Shown here in pieces: positions 25,556 through 38,219 of a stretch of DNA of 64,000 bases. This DNA is from Leucoraja ocellata (lineage: Eukaryota), in assembly GCA_036785375.1 (NCBI GenBank), contig JAWMAR010000009.1, forward strand, positions 12,400,001-12,464,000. Reading direction: 5' to 3'. Within the stretch, counting starts at the first letter, position 1. Each line of letters begins with the position of its first letter. The position numbers and the translations under genes were made by a program. The notes beneath the pieces are model-generated. The model made no database searches. It was not told where the DNA came from and saw nothing but the letters and a program-made list of their open reading frames with translations.

Positions 25556-26114
25556 ATTATCAGGACATTCTGAAGTGCTTGAAAGCTAAAATGTTTTTAG
25601 CTTGTCTGAACTGTTATAAGATATCAAACATAACAACCAAATTTTACTCAAATGCCCTGCAAACAATGAAGAAATTATAACCAGTCATCAGTCACATTAG
25701 TCAAAATTAAAATGCATTTAATACTGTTTTAGTTGCAAGGTCTTCACATACTTCTACATTGAACTGTATCTGTATTTTATCTCCAAGGTTGCTACACCGT
25801 CAGGTACACACATTATTTACCAAGAAAGAGGCAGTTCAGTTAATTATGGGTTTTCTGTAAGAACTTCTCATTAACCAGCCACTCCAAGGCATGTGCAAGG
25901 CTACCATTTATGGCTCTTTTTCCTTCAAAAGTTATCCTTTGGTTCTCGTGGGAAAGCTGTTTCAACTCTGTGGTGGTCCCCAAGATGAATCAGGTGTTTC
26001 AATCAGAATGTAGCTTTCAGTAATATGGTTGATTTGAACCCGAATGGACCTGCCAGGCACCTTGGTCCTGTTCCCATCTCTCTTATCCAGCTTTCTTCGC
26101 CCAACGACTATCCG

Positions 26115-26210
26115 TTAGAGGAAGGGCCCTGACCCAAAACATTGCCTGTCCATTTCATCCACAGAATTTACCCGACCCAGAGTTCATCCAGCACTTTGTT
26201 TTTTGCTCCT
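26115..26210 (+). mobile_element. Degenerate Penelope terminal copy
   Basis: gaggaagggccctgacccaaaacattgcc...gagttcatccagcactttgttttttgctc. Confidence 0.6.
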
Positions 26211-26671
26211 GATTACAAGATTTAGTCGGACTTATTACACGTTTGGCCTCAATTTGCCAAATATTTTCAACAATTTAAAGTATAAATAGTGCAATCAGAA
26301 GCTCATACCAATGTTCTAAAGATTGAAAACTATGCCAACTCTCAATATTCTGTGTTTAAGGCTGTACATTAATAACTCACAGGTCTTTATACACATGGCA
26401 TCAGAACGCCATGCAGGCATTTTTCACCACAGCACCAGCATTGTGAAAGAGAAGTCTAATTAGTTCTACTCATCTGATCTTCATCCAAATATATTTCTAT
26501 GCATTCCTTTTTAAAATTAATTCATCATCGTTTTCATAGCATATTCCAACACTTGTTATTGACTTTTCTCCCAGTGAATAAAATATTCTTCGAGCATGAC
26601 AATCACAAATTCTATATATAATAAGAGGTTGAAACTATCCAATTTGAATGGAGGAAACATTATAAGGTGGG

Positions 26672-26968
26672 ATGGCACAGTGGTGCAGTGGTAGAGCTGC
26701 TGCCTTACAGCGGCAGACACTTGGGCTGGATCCTGATTACGCGTGCTGTCTATATGGAGATTGTATGTTCTCCCTGTCACCGTGTGGGTTTTCTCTTCCC
26801 ACACTGCAATGACTTCAGGTTTGTAGGTTAATTGGCTTTGATAAAATTGTAAATTGTCCCTAGTGTACAGGACAGTGCTAGTGCATGTGCTGATCACTGG
26901 TCGGCATGGTGGTCGCTGGTCGGTGGGCCGAAGGGCTTTGTTTCCGTGCTGTATCTCTAAATTCTAAA
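26672..26968 (+). mobile_element. HE1-type tRNA SINE
   Basis: TGGTGCAGTGG A-box; body and tail homologous to 2468-2750. Confidence 0.85.
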
Positions 26969-27019
26969 GATGGGAACACTTGTTGAAGTAGAAATATTCT
27001 GACCATTGGACAATGGTTG

Positions 27020-27277
27020 CACTAAATGTTGCGCCCTTTATCCTTTGCCTTGATTGTATTCATGTATAGCCTTTTCAAGTCAAGAGCGTTTTATAGTCAT
27101 ATGACTGAAGCAGAATACTCTGGTGTTGTAGGGAAAATGTTGCTCATGAACATTACAGTTTTCAGGCCCCTATACCTTCTTTCCTATGGCAGGAGTAAAA
27201 TTACACTAGCACGCAAACAAAAGCTTTTCACTGTACTTCTGTACACGTGACACTAATAAACTAAACTTAAACTAAAA
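27020..27277 (+). mobile_element. Rex/L2-type LINE 3' UTR fragment
   Basis: Terminal caaaagcttttcactgtac...gtacacgtgac...aataaactaaac shared with about 33760 and 49860. Confidence 0.6.
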
Positions 27278-29063
27278 AGTCATGTCATCAGGTTCCTCCA
27301 ATTTTCAGGAATGCATCACAGCAAAGTTCCTGGCACTTCATTAGCAATTTTAGAAAAACTCTTGCAAATACTTCCTCATTGGTGACATATTACAGCACAC
27401 TAGTTAGATAAAATGTACAGACTATTAGTAGGTCTTTCGCTTGATAGAGAAGGGTGATTTTCAATTCATTAAGTGAAGACATGGCTAAAACACAATCTAA
27501 CATTACATGGTGTTAAACAGAGATTGTGACCGGCCTCTCAGGAGGATAAAAGAAGACATGATGGTGATGGATCAGCCTGGCAAAAACATATCCCTTAGTT
27601 AACCATGCTGGAACATCTTCTCTCGTCATTTTCATACTGTTACTCATATTTGTAACAGATAGCTGCTACTTTATGTACATTATGGAAAAATCACTGCTTA
27701 GTTAAAAGGGTTTGGAAATCCAGAGGTCCCAATAGATGTAAACCTTATAATTATTTATTTTAGAGACAAAATAGATTCTAAAGTTACCTCAACAATATGT
27801 TATGCCTCCCTAGACACCAACAACAAGCAAGGGATTAACTAAACTACCCAAACAACATTACCTCAGGCAACCAACAACAAAAAAGTTTTTTTTCTCACCT
27901 ATACAAATCCTTTGTGTTCTCTTAGACAAGCCACATTTGGCAACGCATTTAATAATGGAACAGCTAAGGAAAACTAATAAAGCTCTAATTGGGGTGTCCA
28001 TATCCTATGGGAAGATCAAGGAATGGGTGCCCTTTCATGGATGTACTCTGTGTAATGGAATCAAAGCTTCAAGGAACAAATATGACGTAGCCACTTCTAA
28101 GAAAAGGGGCCATATGCATTAATTTAAAAAATAATAATAATTGACTATGCACTTGTGAGTTTTATTGTACTGTTAGAGGTCAGCAACTACAAGGTCACTT
28201 CCAGTCAGGAAGAGGACAGTTAATAGCACAGGTTGGTCACACTTCCTAAACAGGAAACCAGAACGGTTCATGTGCATAAATACTTTCAGAAACGGAATAA
28301 AAGTAGAAACAGTGAAAGTTAAATTGTGCTAATCTTACAGTAATTTTAATGCTTCCTACCACATTCCACATCTGAGAGGTGGTATAATTAAATGACCTAT
28401 GCAAGTTGTGGCTTATTAGTTCAACCCACGACTCTTCAAAGAACGAAACAGCTTGAATAATTCATTAGTCACCTGTTAGAGGTTACACCAAAAAGACCAG
28501 CACATGCCTGAACCTCAACAAATTAACACCCACCAAAACCCCACATCAGAATTCTCTCTCCACAAGACAGCTATTAGGTTAACTGAAATTTTAAGAGATT
28601 GATGAGACATCTGTTGGATGTCAGGAGAGCAAATGGAGTAAATTTGGGTAAATGGAAGTTTTAAAAAATTGGTCAAATTACTAAAGCAAAGTACCAAAGA
28701 TGCTAAAATGTAAAACAAGCTGGAAATACTTGACGTCCAGCAGAATCTAAATGGAGACAAAACAAAATAAAACATGGAGATAGATAAAATGATTTATTGT
28801 CAGTAGCTAGCAGGTCACTTCTGATCAACTTACTAAAGGAGTCTCTCGGGGGTTTAAGGATGATTTGCTTCAACTTCAGTTCTATGGGTTCTGATATAGC
28901 CAGAGGCCAAATGTAGGACCCCAATACATCAAATACATGCAGGGCAAGAGGTGCCTGGGCAGTTTAACAGATGGGCAGTTTAACAGATGCTGCACTCCTT
29001 CTGTCATTTATTAACTGGGTTTCTTTGGATTCCTATTACTTCTCAATGTCGTACTGAATTTGG

Positions 29064-29300
29064 GCGGCAGATGTAGAGTTATTGCCTTACAGCGCCAAAG
29101 ACGCTGCTTCGATCCTGACCACTGGTGCTGTCTGTAAGGAGTTGGTATGTTCTCCCAGTGACTGCATGGATTTACTTTGGGTGCTCCAGTTTCATCCCAC
29201 ACTCCGAAAAGACGTACAGGTTTATAGGTTAATTGGAGTCGGTAAAATTGTCCCTTCAGTGTAGGATAGTGTTAATGTAAGAGGTGATCGATGGTTGGCA
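29064..29300 (+). mobile_element. HE1-type tRNA SINE (3' truncated)
   Basis: Homologous to 2468-2750. Confidence 0.8.
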
Positions 29301-29669
29301 CTGTATGTCTAAAGAATGCTCCTTCTCCATTATAATCAATCATGGTTCGAAACTCCCACATATTGGTGAAGATGTCATACTTCCAGGAGGCTTTCAAAAA
29401 TTCCTTGTGAGACATCTGCCTACCTGGCAATCTTTTACCATAATAGAGCTTAGAATAGAGTATCAAATTCAGGAGACCCTCCTCCCACCACAATCAACTG
29501 AGTTTAGCAGGATATAAATGCTGGGGATACTGACCCAGGAGACTAAACTGATATTGGGCTTCACATATCATGCAGAGAATTTGGAGAGTTTTGCAAAAGC
29601 TGCATTGATCAGACTTCTCCAGTGCTTTGAAGTCCATGCAGTAGGATGATCACGTTTCCTTAAAAACAT

Positions 29670-30365
29670 TTTGGTGATTTGGGCATCATTGTAAAGGCCA
29701 GCGTTTCTGTCCAGGAAATGCAGATGAGCTGTCTCCTTGATACCACTGTCTCATGGTACCACAGTGCTGTTGGGCATGGAGTTCCACAATCTTTCCAAAT
29801 CAGGATAGTGCATAACTTGAAGAGGAGCGGTGATGTCCCAAGCAGATGCAGCCCTTATTCTTGGTTGTCGAGATTGTGGTTTATGGAGGTGTTGTTCAAG
29901 TAGTCTGGTTAAATAAATGCAGCACATTTTGCAAATGGTACATAATGTAGCCATTGTGCATTGAGATGAATGTTCAGCGTGGTTAATAGGATGCCCAACA
30001 AGCAGACTGCTTTGGATAGAATCAAACTTCGCACTCATCCAGACAAGTGGAGTAATCCATCACACTCATGATTTGTGGATGGTGGAAAAGTCCTTAGTGT
30101 GTCAGGAAGGGAGTCATTCAGAACAGGGTATTCAGCTCTGACTCAGTTTCAGAGCTATGGTGTTTATATGGTTCGTCCAGATGAGTCACTGGTCAGTGGT
30201 ATTGATGGTGAGAACTTGGCCATAGCAATACCACTGAATGTCAAGGGTGCATGAAATGGTCTCTATTTCTGGAGATTGTCACAGTCTGGCATTTTGTGGT
30301 GCAAATACTACTCGTCCTTTATCAGCCTAGACCTAAATGTTGTCTGGATCTTCATGCATGCTGAC
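29670..30365 (-). mobile_element. Ancient CR1/L2-group LINE ORF2 C-terminal relic
   Basis: ORF 29751..30038 (DSIQ...TMATLCTICKMCC...RLLEQHLHKPQSRQPRIRAA) resembles a LINE ORF2 C-terminus. Confidence 0.55.
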
Positions 30366-30569
30366 AGAGATCACTTCCATTTGCTACGTTAAACAGAACC
30401 GAACATTATGCATAAGCAGAATTTCCACAGGCAGCCCACTTTGAAGAGGATCTCCATCAACCCAGCCAATTCAGATTTGTGGGATTTGAGAGACTATGAG
30501 AGGCTACCCATTACCGTTGATACATTTATCTGTATTCTATTAAGAGTTGCCTTTCAGGAAAGGGCTGGA

Positions 30570-30730
30570 TGCATTAAATCCACAATGTAATTTTTGGAGT
30601 AATTCTCCGGCTGTTCTGAAGAGATGATAGAAGATTATTTTGGCAATGACTTTGCCTGTGAAGACTACTGGAATTAATCCATACAGGGAAAAATGATACG
30701 AGATTCCCAGGCATATCCTCCCTTTCTCAG
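30570..30730 (-). mobile_element. RTE LINE RT relic
   Basis: GKVIAKIIFYHLFRTAGELLQKLHCGF resembles RTE GKVLARILLNRL...LPESQCGF. Confidence 0.5.
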
Positions 30731-31297
30731 ATGTGGGAGATAAAATGTAGTTGTGAATGAAGCACCTCTCTGCCATGTGTTAGACCTTCAATAGGAATAC
30801 TGTCCAGTCCCTATGCGTTATTTTTCAGTTGGCCCACAGCAGTTAGGCTTTTGGTGAAGGGTGGCAGTGAGGCTGGACTGGATGGCTTGTTGTAGGGATA
30901 TGGGAGGAAACTGAAGAACCAAGTGTAAAGCCATGCAGTCACAGAGAAAACGTGCAAACACCAACAGATGGCACCCACGGTCACAAGTAAACCTGGGTAT
31001 CTGCTGTGGTGAAGCAGAAGCTGCACAATCTGTGCCACCATATCTTTGCCACCTTAGTTGTGTTTTGTTTTTTATTTCAGACATGAACTAACTAGATGAT
31101 GAAATAAGCTCATTGCACTGAACATCCATGGCCTTGAGGCTGAGAATGTCAAAGATTTACAACGGTCTAATGAAAATTCTTCTCATTTCAAAAGTATTGG
31201 GCCAACCATTTATCTTGCAACCTGGTCCCATGGTTCTGGACTCTACAGTTAAATGAAAATATATTTTTGCTGTCTACTTGGCAAGATTAGGGATTGA

Positions 31298-31700
31298 CTA
31301 GACTAAGTGGGACACGTTTGGTCCCAGTCACACAGAAAGCCTGGCCCTCCCAACGCAACCCATTCCCTAACGCAATCTTCCACCATTCAACTGTTTGCCC
31401 CAACGCAACCAGTTCCCCCAAAGCAATGTTCCACCACTCTGAGGGGGGGAAGGGTGGCGTGGGGGGGGGGGGGGGGGGGAGGGAGGGCTATGGGGGGCTG
31501 TGGGGGGTGAACCTTAAAAACCTTCATAACTTTTGTGCTATTTCACTGATTGGAACAGAACTTATTTGACCTGTGGCAGAGGAGAATGGTGAATAAGGTG
31601 GCAAAAAATCATAGCTTTATGGGGGGGTCGTTTTTGCACAAATTTAATTACAAAGCAGACAGGAAGTGGTCAAGATGAGAGTTTTAGTACTATATATAGA
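31298..31700 (-). mobile_element. Non-autonomous Helitron
   Basis: Minus strand A|TCTATATA...hairpin TGGGAC-N7-GTCCCA...CTAG|T; no TSD. Confidence 0.75.
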
Positions 31701-32846
31701 TAGATAATTTAAAAATGGGATGGGGTTGAGAGGGAAAAGTAGATCAGCCATTTTCGAACGGCAGAGCAGACTCAATGGGCCGAATGGCCTAATTCTACTC
31801 CAATGTCTTAAGGTCTTAGGAGGTTTCAGTCCTATGCATTACGTGCAAAAGTTAAATATACATGTACAGCAGTCACACATTGCTGGAATGGAATTGAAAA
31901 GTAGGAAGGTCACACTTGAGATATATAGGCAAAAGTGAGACCAGATCTGGAATATCTGTAGATAGTACTCCAGATCTTTGTTTTGAAAAGTAAGGATGTT
32001 AAAGCATCTGATTTTTTTAAAGAAATGATGTTAACGCATTGGAAGCAGTTACGAAGAAAGGATGGACAGGCTGGGCTGATATCCACTGTAGTATAGAAGA
32101 TGACCTGCTTAAAACAAAATATCCAGAGGGATCCTGATACGGTGAATGTCGTGTTGATGTTTCTGGAAAAAGGGATCATCAAATTTAAGATAAAGAGAAG
32201 GCGTTTTTTTCCACCAATTTCTGAGCGTCATAAGTCCCTGAAAACGTTTAAGAAAGAAGTAGAAAGATCCTTGAAGAACAAGGAATCAAAGTTTCATGAG
32301 TTGGGATGGGAACATGGAATTGAAGTTACATTCATATGCCCCCTTCAAAAGATAATTGCAAAATGTAATTAAGCACAAAACAATATGCCGATTATAAAGC
32401 GATTGTCGCATCCAATTATTTTATCGTCACTTTTGTTTATTGGACAAACTCAAGTGGCCAATTTGAGTGGAGAAAGGCCTAACTGGACTAATTATCATTT
32501 GATGGTATTGATAAGAAAACAACTGTTTACCAAGCACCAGGAAACACCTTTTGGTCTTTCAATAATACCACATAATCGTTTGTATTCCCAAAATGACAGA
32601 ACGGAGCCTTGATTTAATATCCAAGCCAAATGACTTGATGGACCAACGTTCCCTCAGTATTATAATGAAGTGTTTGAGATGATGTGTCGTGTCTCCGCCT
32701 TGTTGTAAAGAACAAGTCTACAGAAGCTGGGATTTTGCACTTGGTCAGCCTTGCTCAGGATACAGTGAAAAATTCTGTCACCATGTTTTTCCCAAAAGAA
32801 ATATTTCTCATTACTTCACCACTGCAAGCTGGTCTCAATATTGCTT

Positions 32847-32940
32847 GTAGACACAAAATGCTGGAGTTACTCAGCGGGACAGGTAGCATCTCTGGAGAGA
32901 AGGAATGGGAGATGTTTCGGGTCGAGACCCTTCTTCAGAT
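32847..32940 (-). mobile_element. Short Penelope-like terminal copy with hammerhead-like motif
   Basis: Minus strand CTGAAGAAGGGTCTCGACCCGAAACATC. Confidence 0.8.
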
Positions 32941-33289
32941 TAGCAGTGCAGCATCCAAAAGCAAGTTTCTAATTTTACAGAACAGATAATACTGATTTTC
33001 CCAAATTTCAAGCATTATAGAAATGTATTTAAAACATTTTGAGGAGTTTCTGGATGCAACCATCTTGTCTCACTTCAAGTTGGTGTTAGCAGATCCAACT
33101 GTGATTTTTAAATTAAACAAAACATCCCAAGGTGGGAGAATGAGGAATGGGAGTGAGGAATGGGAATGACATGAAAAAGCTTCCTGCTTGTGTCCTCATC
33201 GTGAAGTGCTGAAGGGGGCTTTTGGCTCTGCCGAAGGTTGAAGGAGGTTGCAGGAGAAGGCAGAGAGGTGCAGCTATGAGAACCACTGC

Positions 33290-33818
33290 CTTGGGTTGGG
33301 AAAACAATGCCACCCAAGACCGCAAGAAATTGCAGCGAATTGTGGATGCAGCCCAGACCATGACCCAAAATGATATATTTCCTATTGTCTCCATTTATAC
33401 CTCACGCTACCTCAGCAAGGCCAGCAGCAAAATCTAGGTTGCACCCTGCCATTCCCTTTTCTCCTCTCTCTCATTAGGCAAAAGGTATAGAAGTGTGAAA
33501 ATGCACACTTCCAGATTGAGGGACAGTTTCTTCCCAGCTGTTATCAGGCAACTGATATCCCCTCTTCTCTCTCTCCCTCATCCTACCACAATCAGTGCTG
33601 AACTACTATCTACCTCTGGTGACCCTCGGACTATCCTTGATTGGACTTTGCTGGCTTTACCTTGCACTAAACGTTATTCCCTTATTATGTATCTGTACAC
33701 TGTAAATGGCTCGATTGTAATCATGTGTCGTCTTTCTGCTGACAGGATAGCGCACAACAAAAGCTTTTCACTGTACCTTGGTACACATGACAATAATAAT
33801 AATATTAAATCAAACTAA
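33290..33818 (+). mobile_element. Rex1/Babar-type LINE 3' end
   Basis: QDRKKLQRIVDAAQTM; TSRLRDSFFPAVIRQL; conserved 3' stem-loop and tail. Confidence 0.85.
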
Positions 33819-33827
33819 AATTAAAAA

Positions 33828-34095
33828 TCAATCCTGACTTTGGGTGTTCCCTGTGGAGTATGCCGTTGTCCCAGTGACCATGCGGGTTTCCTCCAGGTAG
33901 TCCAATTCCTTCCCACATCCGAAGTGCGGATTGGTAAGTTAATTGGGCATTGCAAACTGCTCCTGGTATGTAGATGAATGACAGTATGTGAGGGAGATGA
34001 TGGAATGTAGGGAGAATGGGATTGATACAGGATTAACGTAAAAGGGTGGTTGATGGTCTACACAAAGTCAGTGGGCTGAAGAATTGCATCTATGA
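33828..34095 (+). mobile_element. Degenerate V-SINE
   Basis: atcctgactttgggtg...gcgggtttcctccagg...ttcccacatcc core. Confidence 0.6.
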
Positions 34096-35451
34096 CCATG
34101 AGAGGAGTAAGAGACAGAAAAGGCAGTCTGCAAGGCAACTGCCACAATGAAGTTAGTTTTGAGAACCTGCTGCAATATTGGTAACTTGCCTTTGAAAATG
34201 AGCAAATATTTTCTGGTTGAACAAGCAAAGAACTGAAATAATTCCTTTTGCTTTGAGAGTTCTACGTGAATACAGAGGACATGCTTTACTATGTTCAGAA
34301 GCAGTTAAAACTTCCAAGAACTGGAAAGTTCAGTTTGCCCGACAGGGATTCACAAGTTTTACAACAGCCTGGCCTGGATTGAGTGAAGTTATAGGTCAAT
34401 CACAGTAGCACCCAGGAAGGGCCACAACAGCCACGACATTTTGGCATCAAATTATTGATATAAGTTGTTTCAAGGGCATTTCTTGCTTCTTTATAATACA
34501 GAGCAGACCATCGGTGAAGCCCGAGTAATTAATAACTAACATTTTCAATGTCAGGATACATGTTCCTCATTCTTCTAAACTCATAGTATATAAATAAATC
34601 ACTGACTACTGAGACAGTTCTTCAAAAATCTCCATTAGTTTTTTGCCCTGCAGCAGAGCTGCTGTCTGCAGGAACTCATCCCAACTTCAGAAACATGCCA
34701 AAGCAGTGGCTGTAAAACTGCTGTCCAGATTTCACAAACCAAATTAAACTTTTACATACTCTGCATTGCTTTTGACCAATGCTCTCACCTATATCTTTGC
34801 GTGGTTTTTTTTTCCAGAGCCACCTGGGTGGCACAGCATTGCTGACGTAGCAGAATAGACAGGGCAGGTTAGTAACTGAAGGCGTAGCCAGTTTCTCTTC
34901 ATTCCCTGCTGAACTGCCGAGCTAATCCATTACTACTTTTAAATATAAAAAAACCTGTATCAACCTGTTACTGAAATCCGAGACCAACTCAATCCTAACA
35001 GCACCTTGTGCAGTACAGGGAGCTCAATGACTCTCATGTACCTATAATTTAGATTGCTTTATTGTTGATATCTATTGTTTGTATACAGCAGGGTGACTGA
35101 AATACTTACAATGGAGCCATTTTCAGGGATTTGTTGATAAACATTTAGACAGAAAGAGTTTACTTGACATCTCCCTTAGACATGAGAATTATACAGATTA
35201 CATTCCCCTATAATGACGTGTAGCTGTAATGACGTGTATCTGTCCCATATGTTCCACTGCACTATAATTTCAGGTCTATAAACCATTTCCCAAACAAAGA
35301 TACAGGACTAACAGTCCAGGAGGAGCTCCGGATCTCCAGTCTCAATGGAGTAATCTGAAGATAGCAGAGCAAAGATCCCATAACTGGTCGATCTTGTTAG
35401 TTTCTGCTGCAAATTTTAAAAGATGCAGGAAGAGGTATCCTGATCATTGAA

Positions 35452-35537
35452 AGACACAAAAAGTTGGAGAAACTCAGTGGCATCCTCTCTGGAGAGAAGG
35501 AATGGATGACGTTTCAGGTCGAGACCTTTCTTCAGAC
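35452..35537 (-). mobile_element. Short Penelope-like terminal copy
   Basis: agacacaaaaagttggagaaactcag...gacgtttcaggtcgagacctttcttcagac. Confidence 0.75.
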
Positions 35538-35699
35538 CACTGACCAGCTACATTGTGCTGTAAACAACATCTGCAAAGTGATAGGAGCAGGATTAACAGA
35601 GGCCCAAGAAACTATAGACACTGGAATCTTGAGCAAAGCACAAAGTGTTGCCTGGCCCACTGAGTTCCTCCAACCTTTTGTATTTCGAGCAAGATTGGA

Positions 35700-36655
35700 A
35701 TAGAAACATAGAAACGTATAAAATAGGTGCAGGAGTAGGCCATTCGGCCCTTCGAGCCTGCAATATGATCATGGCTGATCATCCAACTCAGTATCCCGTA
35801 CCTGCCTTCTCTCCATACCCCCTCATCTCTTTAGCCACAAGGGCCACATCTAACTCCCTCTTAAATATAGCCAATGAACTGGCCTCAACTACCTTCTGTG
35901 GCAGAGAGTTCCAGAGATTCACCACTCTCTGTGTGAAAAATGTTTTTCTCATCTCTGTCTTAAAGGATTTCCCCTCTATCCTTAAGCTGTGACCCCTTGT
36001 CCTGGACTTCCCCAACAACGGGAACAATCTTCCTGCATCTAGCCTGTCCAACCCCTTAAGAATGTTGTAAGTTTCTATAAGGTCCCCCCTCAATTCTAGC
36101 GAGTACAAGCCGAGTATATCCAGTCTTTTTTCATATGGAAGTCCTGACATCCCAGGAATCAGTCTGGTGAACCTTCTCTGCACTCCCTCTATGGCAAGAA
36201 TGTCTTTTCTCAGATTAGGAGACCAAAACTGTATGCAATACTCCAGGTGTGTTCTCATCTAGCGAGTACAATTGCAGTAGAACCTCTCTACTCCTATACT
36301 CGAATCCTTTTGCTATGAATGGTAACATACCATTCGCTTTCTTCACTGCCTGCTGCACCTGCATGCATACTTTCAATGACTGGTGTACCATGACACCCAG
36401 GTCTTGTTGCATCTCCCCTTTTCCTAATCAGCCACCATTTAGATAATAGTCTACTTTCCTGTTTTTGCCACCAAAGTGGATAACCTCACATTTATCCACA
36501 TTATACTGCATCTGCCATGCATTTGCCCACTCACCCAGCCTATCCAAGTCACCTTGCAGCCTCCTAGCATCTTCCTCACAGCCAACACTGCCCCCCCGCT
36601 AAGTGTCATCCGCAAACTTGGAGATGTTGCATTCAATTCCCTTGTCCAAATCATA
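35700..36655 (-). mobile_element. CR1/HER1 LINE 3' fragment (RT end to tail)
   Basis: ORFs 35788..36258 (HLEYCIQFWSPNLRKDILAIEGVQRRFTRLIPG) and 36215..36412. Confidence 0.93.
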
Positions 36656-37054
36656 AATGATCCAGACTTTCATCTAAAAGAGGAAAGGCAACCGATACCT
36701 GCTGTTTCTGAAGACAGCAGTTGATAATATGCATAAAATATGACATGGGGCATTTGTAGTTAGATTACCTGGAAATTGCAAAAATAGGACACCAGAAATT
36801 ACTTTTTAAAACTTTTCCTTCATCCATTAATTCTGTGGTTTATGAGACTTTACCATTCGTTTTCAAGGATTGAACTGGGTAGCCAACACCAGAAAGCTTT
36901 GAAGGCTCCAGTCACAACCCTGGCCAAATCCAGCCAATTTTCACAATTGTAACAACCATCCAACTCCCAATTCCCATCTGCAATAGAATTAATATAGAAA
37001 GAGGTATCAGCTAATTTCTGCTGAAAACCAGAAACAAAAATAACCCAGAGGTTT

Positions 37055-37190
37055 ATGTAGGAAGAAACTGCAGATGCTGGTTTAAGCCGAAGATAGACAC
37101 AAAATGCTGGATTAAGTCAGCGGGATAGGCAGCATGTCTGGAGAGAAGGAATGGGTGACGTTTCGGGTCGAGACCCTTTTTCAGACTGAT
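37055..37190 (-). mobile_element. Short Penelope-like terminal copy with hammerhead-like motif (G8 mutated)
   Basis: Minus strand ATCAGTCTGAAAAAGGGTCTCGACCCGAAACGTCACCC. Confidence 0.8.
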
Positions 37191-37808
37191 GAAGAAACCC
37201 AGTTTGTGTTCCGATCTGTAGAAGAGGTTGCGTTTTGAAGAAATGCAGTTTCGTCAAACCCAGGGGTTTCCTGGTTGCAGTATAGTAATGGTACAAGGTT
37301 CAGCAATAATGTTTACCCAACATAAATCATATTAAGGAAGGAAATTTAAAAACAATGTAAAATTAATGTTGAATAAATAGTTCAGGTCAATATATTCTGC
37401 TTGTTTCATCTCAGATTGCTACAAAGATCATCTTCATTGCATCTACGTATCTACTCCGAATGATCTTTTTCCACTAATTTCCAATATCATGGCATAAGTT
37501 CCATACTTGGTGCTGCAAACATGCACTTAGCTCAGTTATTACCATGCTTTACTTCCAATTAAGTATTTTTGGGTCTCTTGCAAGTCTAATTGATTGCCGA
37601 GGCCATTCTGCTGACTTCAGGCAGTGCCATTTTTGACTACATAACTTCATTGCTAAAAGTGCCAATGATTCACACAATCCTCAGCTAGAATTGTGAAATG
37701 TGTCATCTGTGTGGAAATCGACAGGACACAAGGATAGCAGGAGCAGAAATGGTTTGTGAAATCCAGGTGTTCAGTTGCGAAAGGAGATAGAGGTCCTGAT
37801 GGATTGCG

Positions 37809-37877
37809 ACAGACATGACAAGGGGTGATGCTCGACAGCATCGCAACAGACATGACAAGGGGTGATGCTCGACAGCA
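37809..37877. repeat. Local tandem duplication, 37-bp period
   Basis: acagacatgacaaggggtgatgctcgacagca at 37809-37840 and 37846-37877. Confidence 0.95.
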
Positions 37878-38219
37878 CCAAGAGTTTCTGAGTTATGACT
37901 CAAATTTCAAGATTGCCCATAAGGAAAATGAGCTGCATGCCAATAGCGAGTCACTGACCAAACCAGAGCACAGTTTAACCAGTGTTGCACGAGTGCAAGG
38001 ATGATGATTGATGGCATTATTGCGACACAATCAGAGGCAGGTTCTCACAGCTTGCAAGTTAAACTAATTCCCATCCTTCACCACAACATTGCAGTTAAAG
38101 GGAATCCTGGAGAAGTTGAAAGTATTGGGTCAATTCTTTGAAGAATAACCTGTTCTATATGTTTGTAAGCTACAACAAGTAATGGTGCTTCAGTTCATTG
38201 GTTCCCAGTGACGACCATT

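Noticed and set aside
37809-37877. CRISPR-like repeat
   Set aside because: Only two copies with a 5-nt gap, eukaryotic intronic context and no cas genes.
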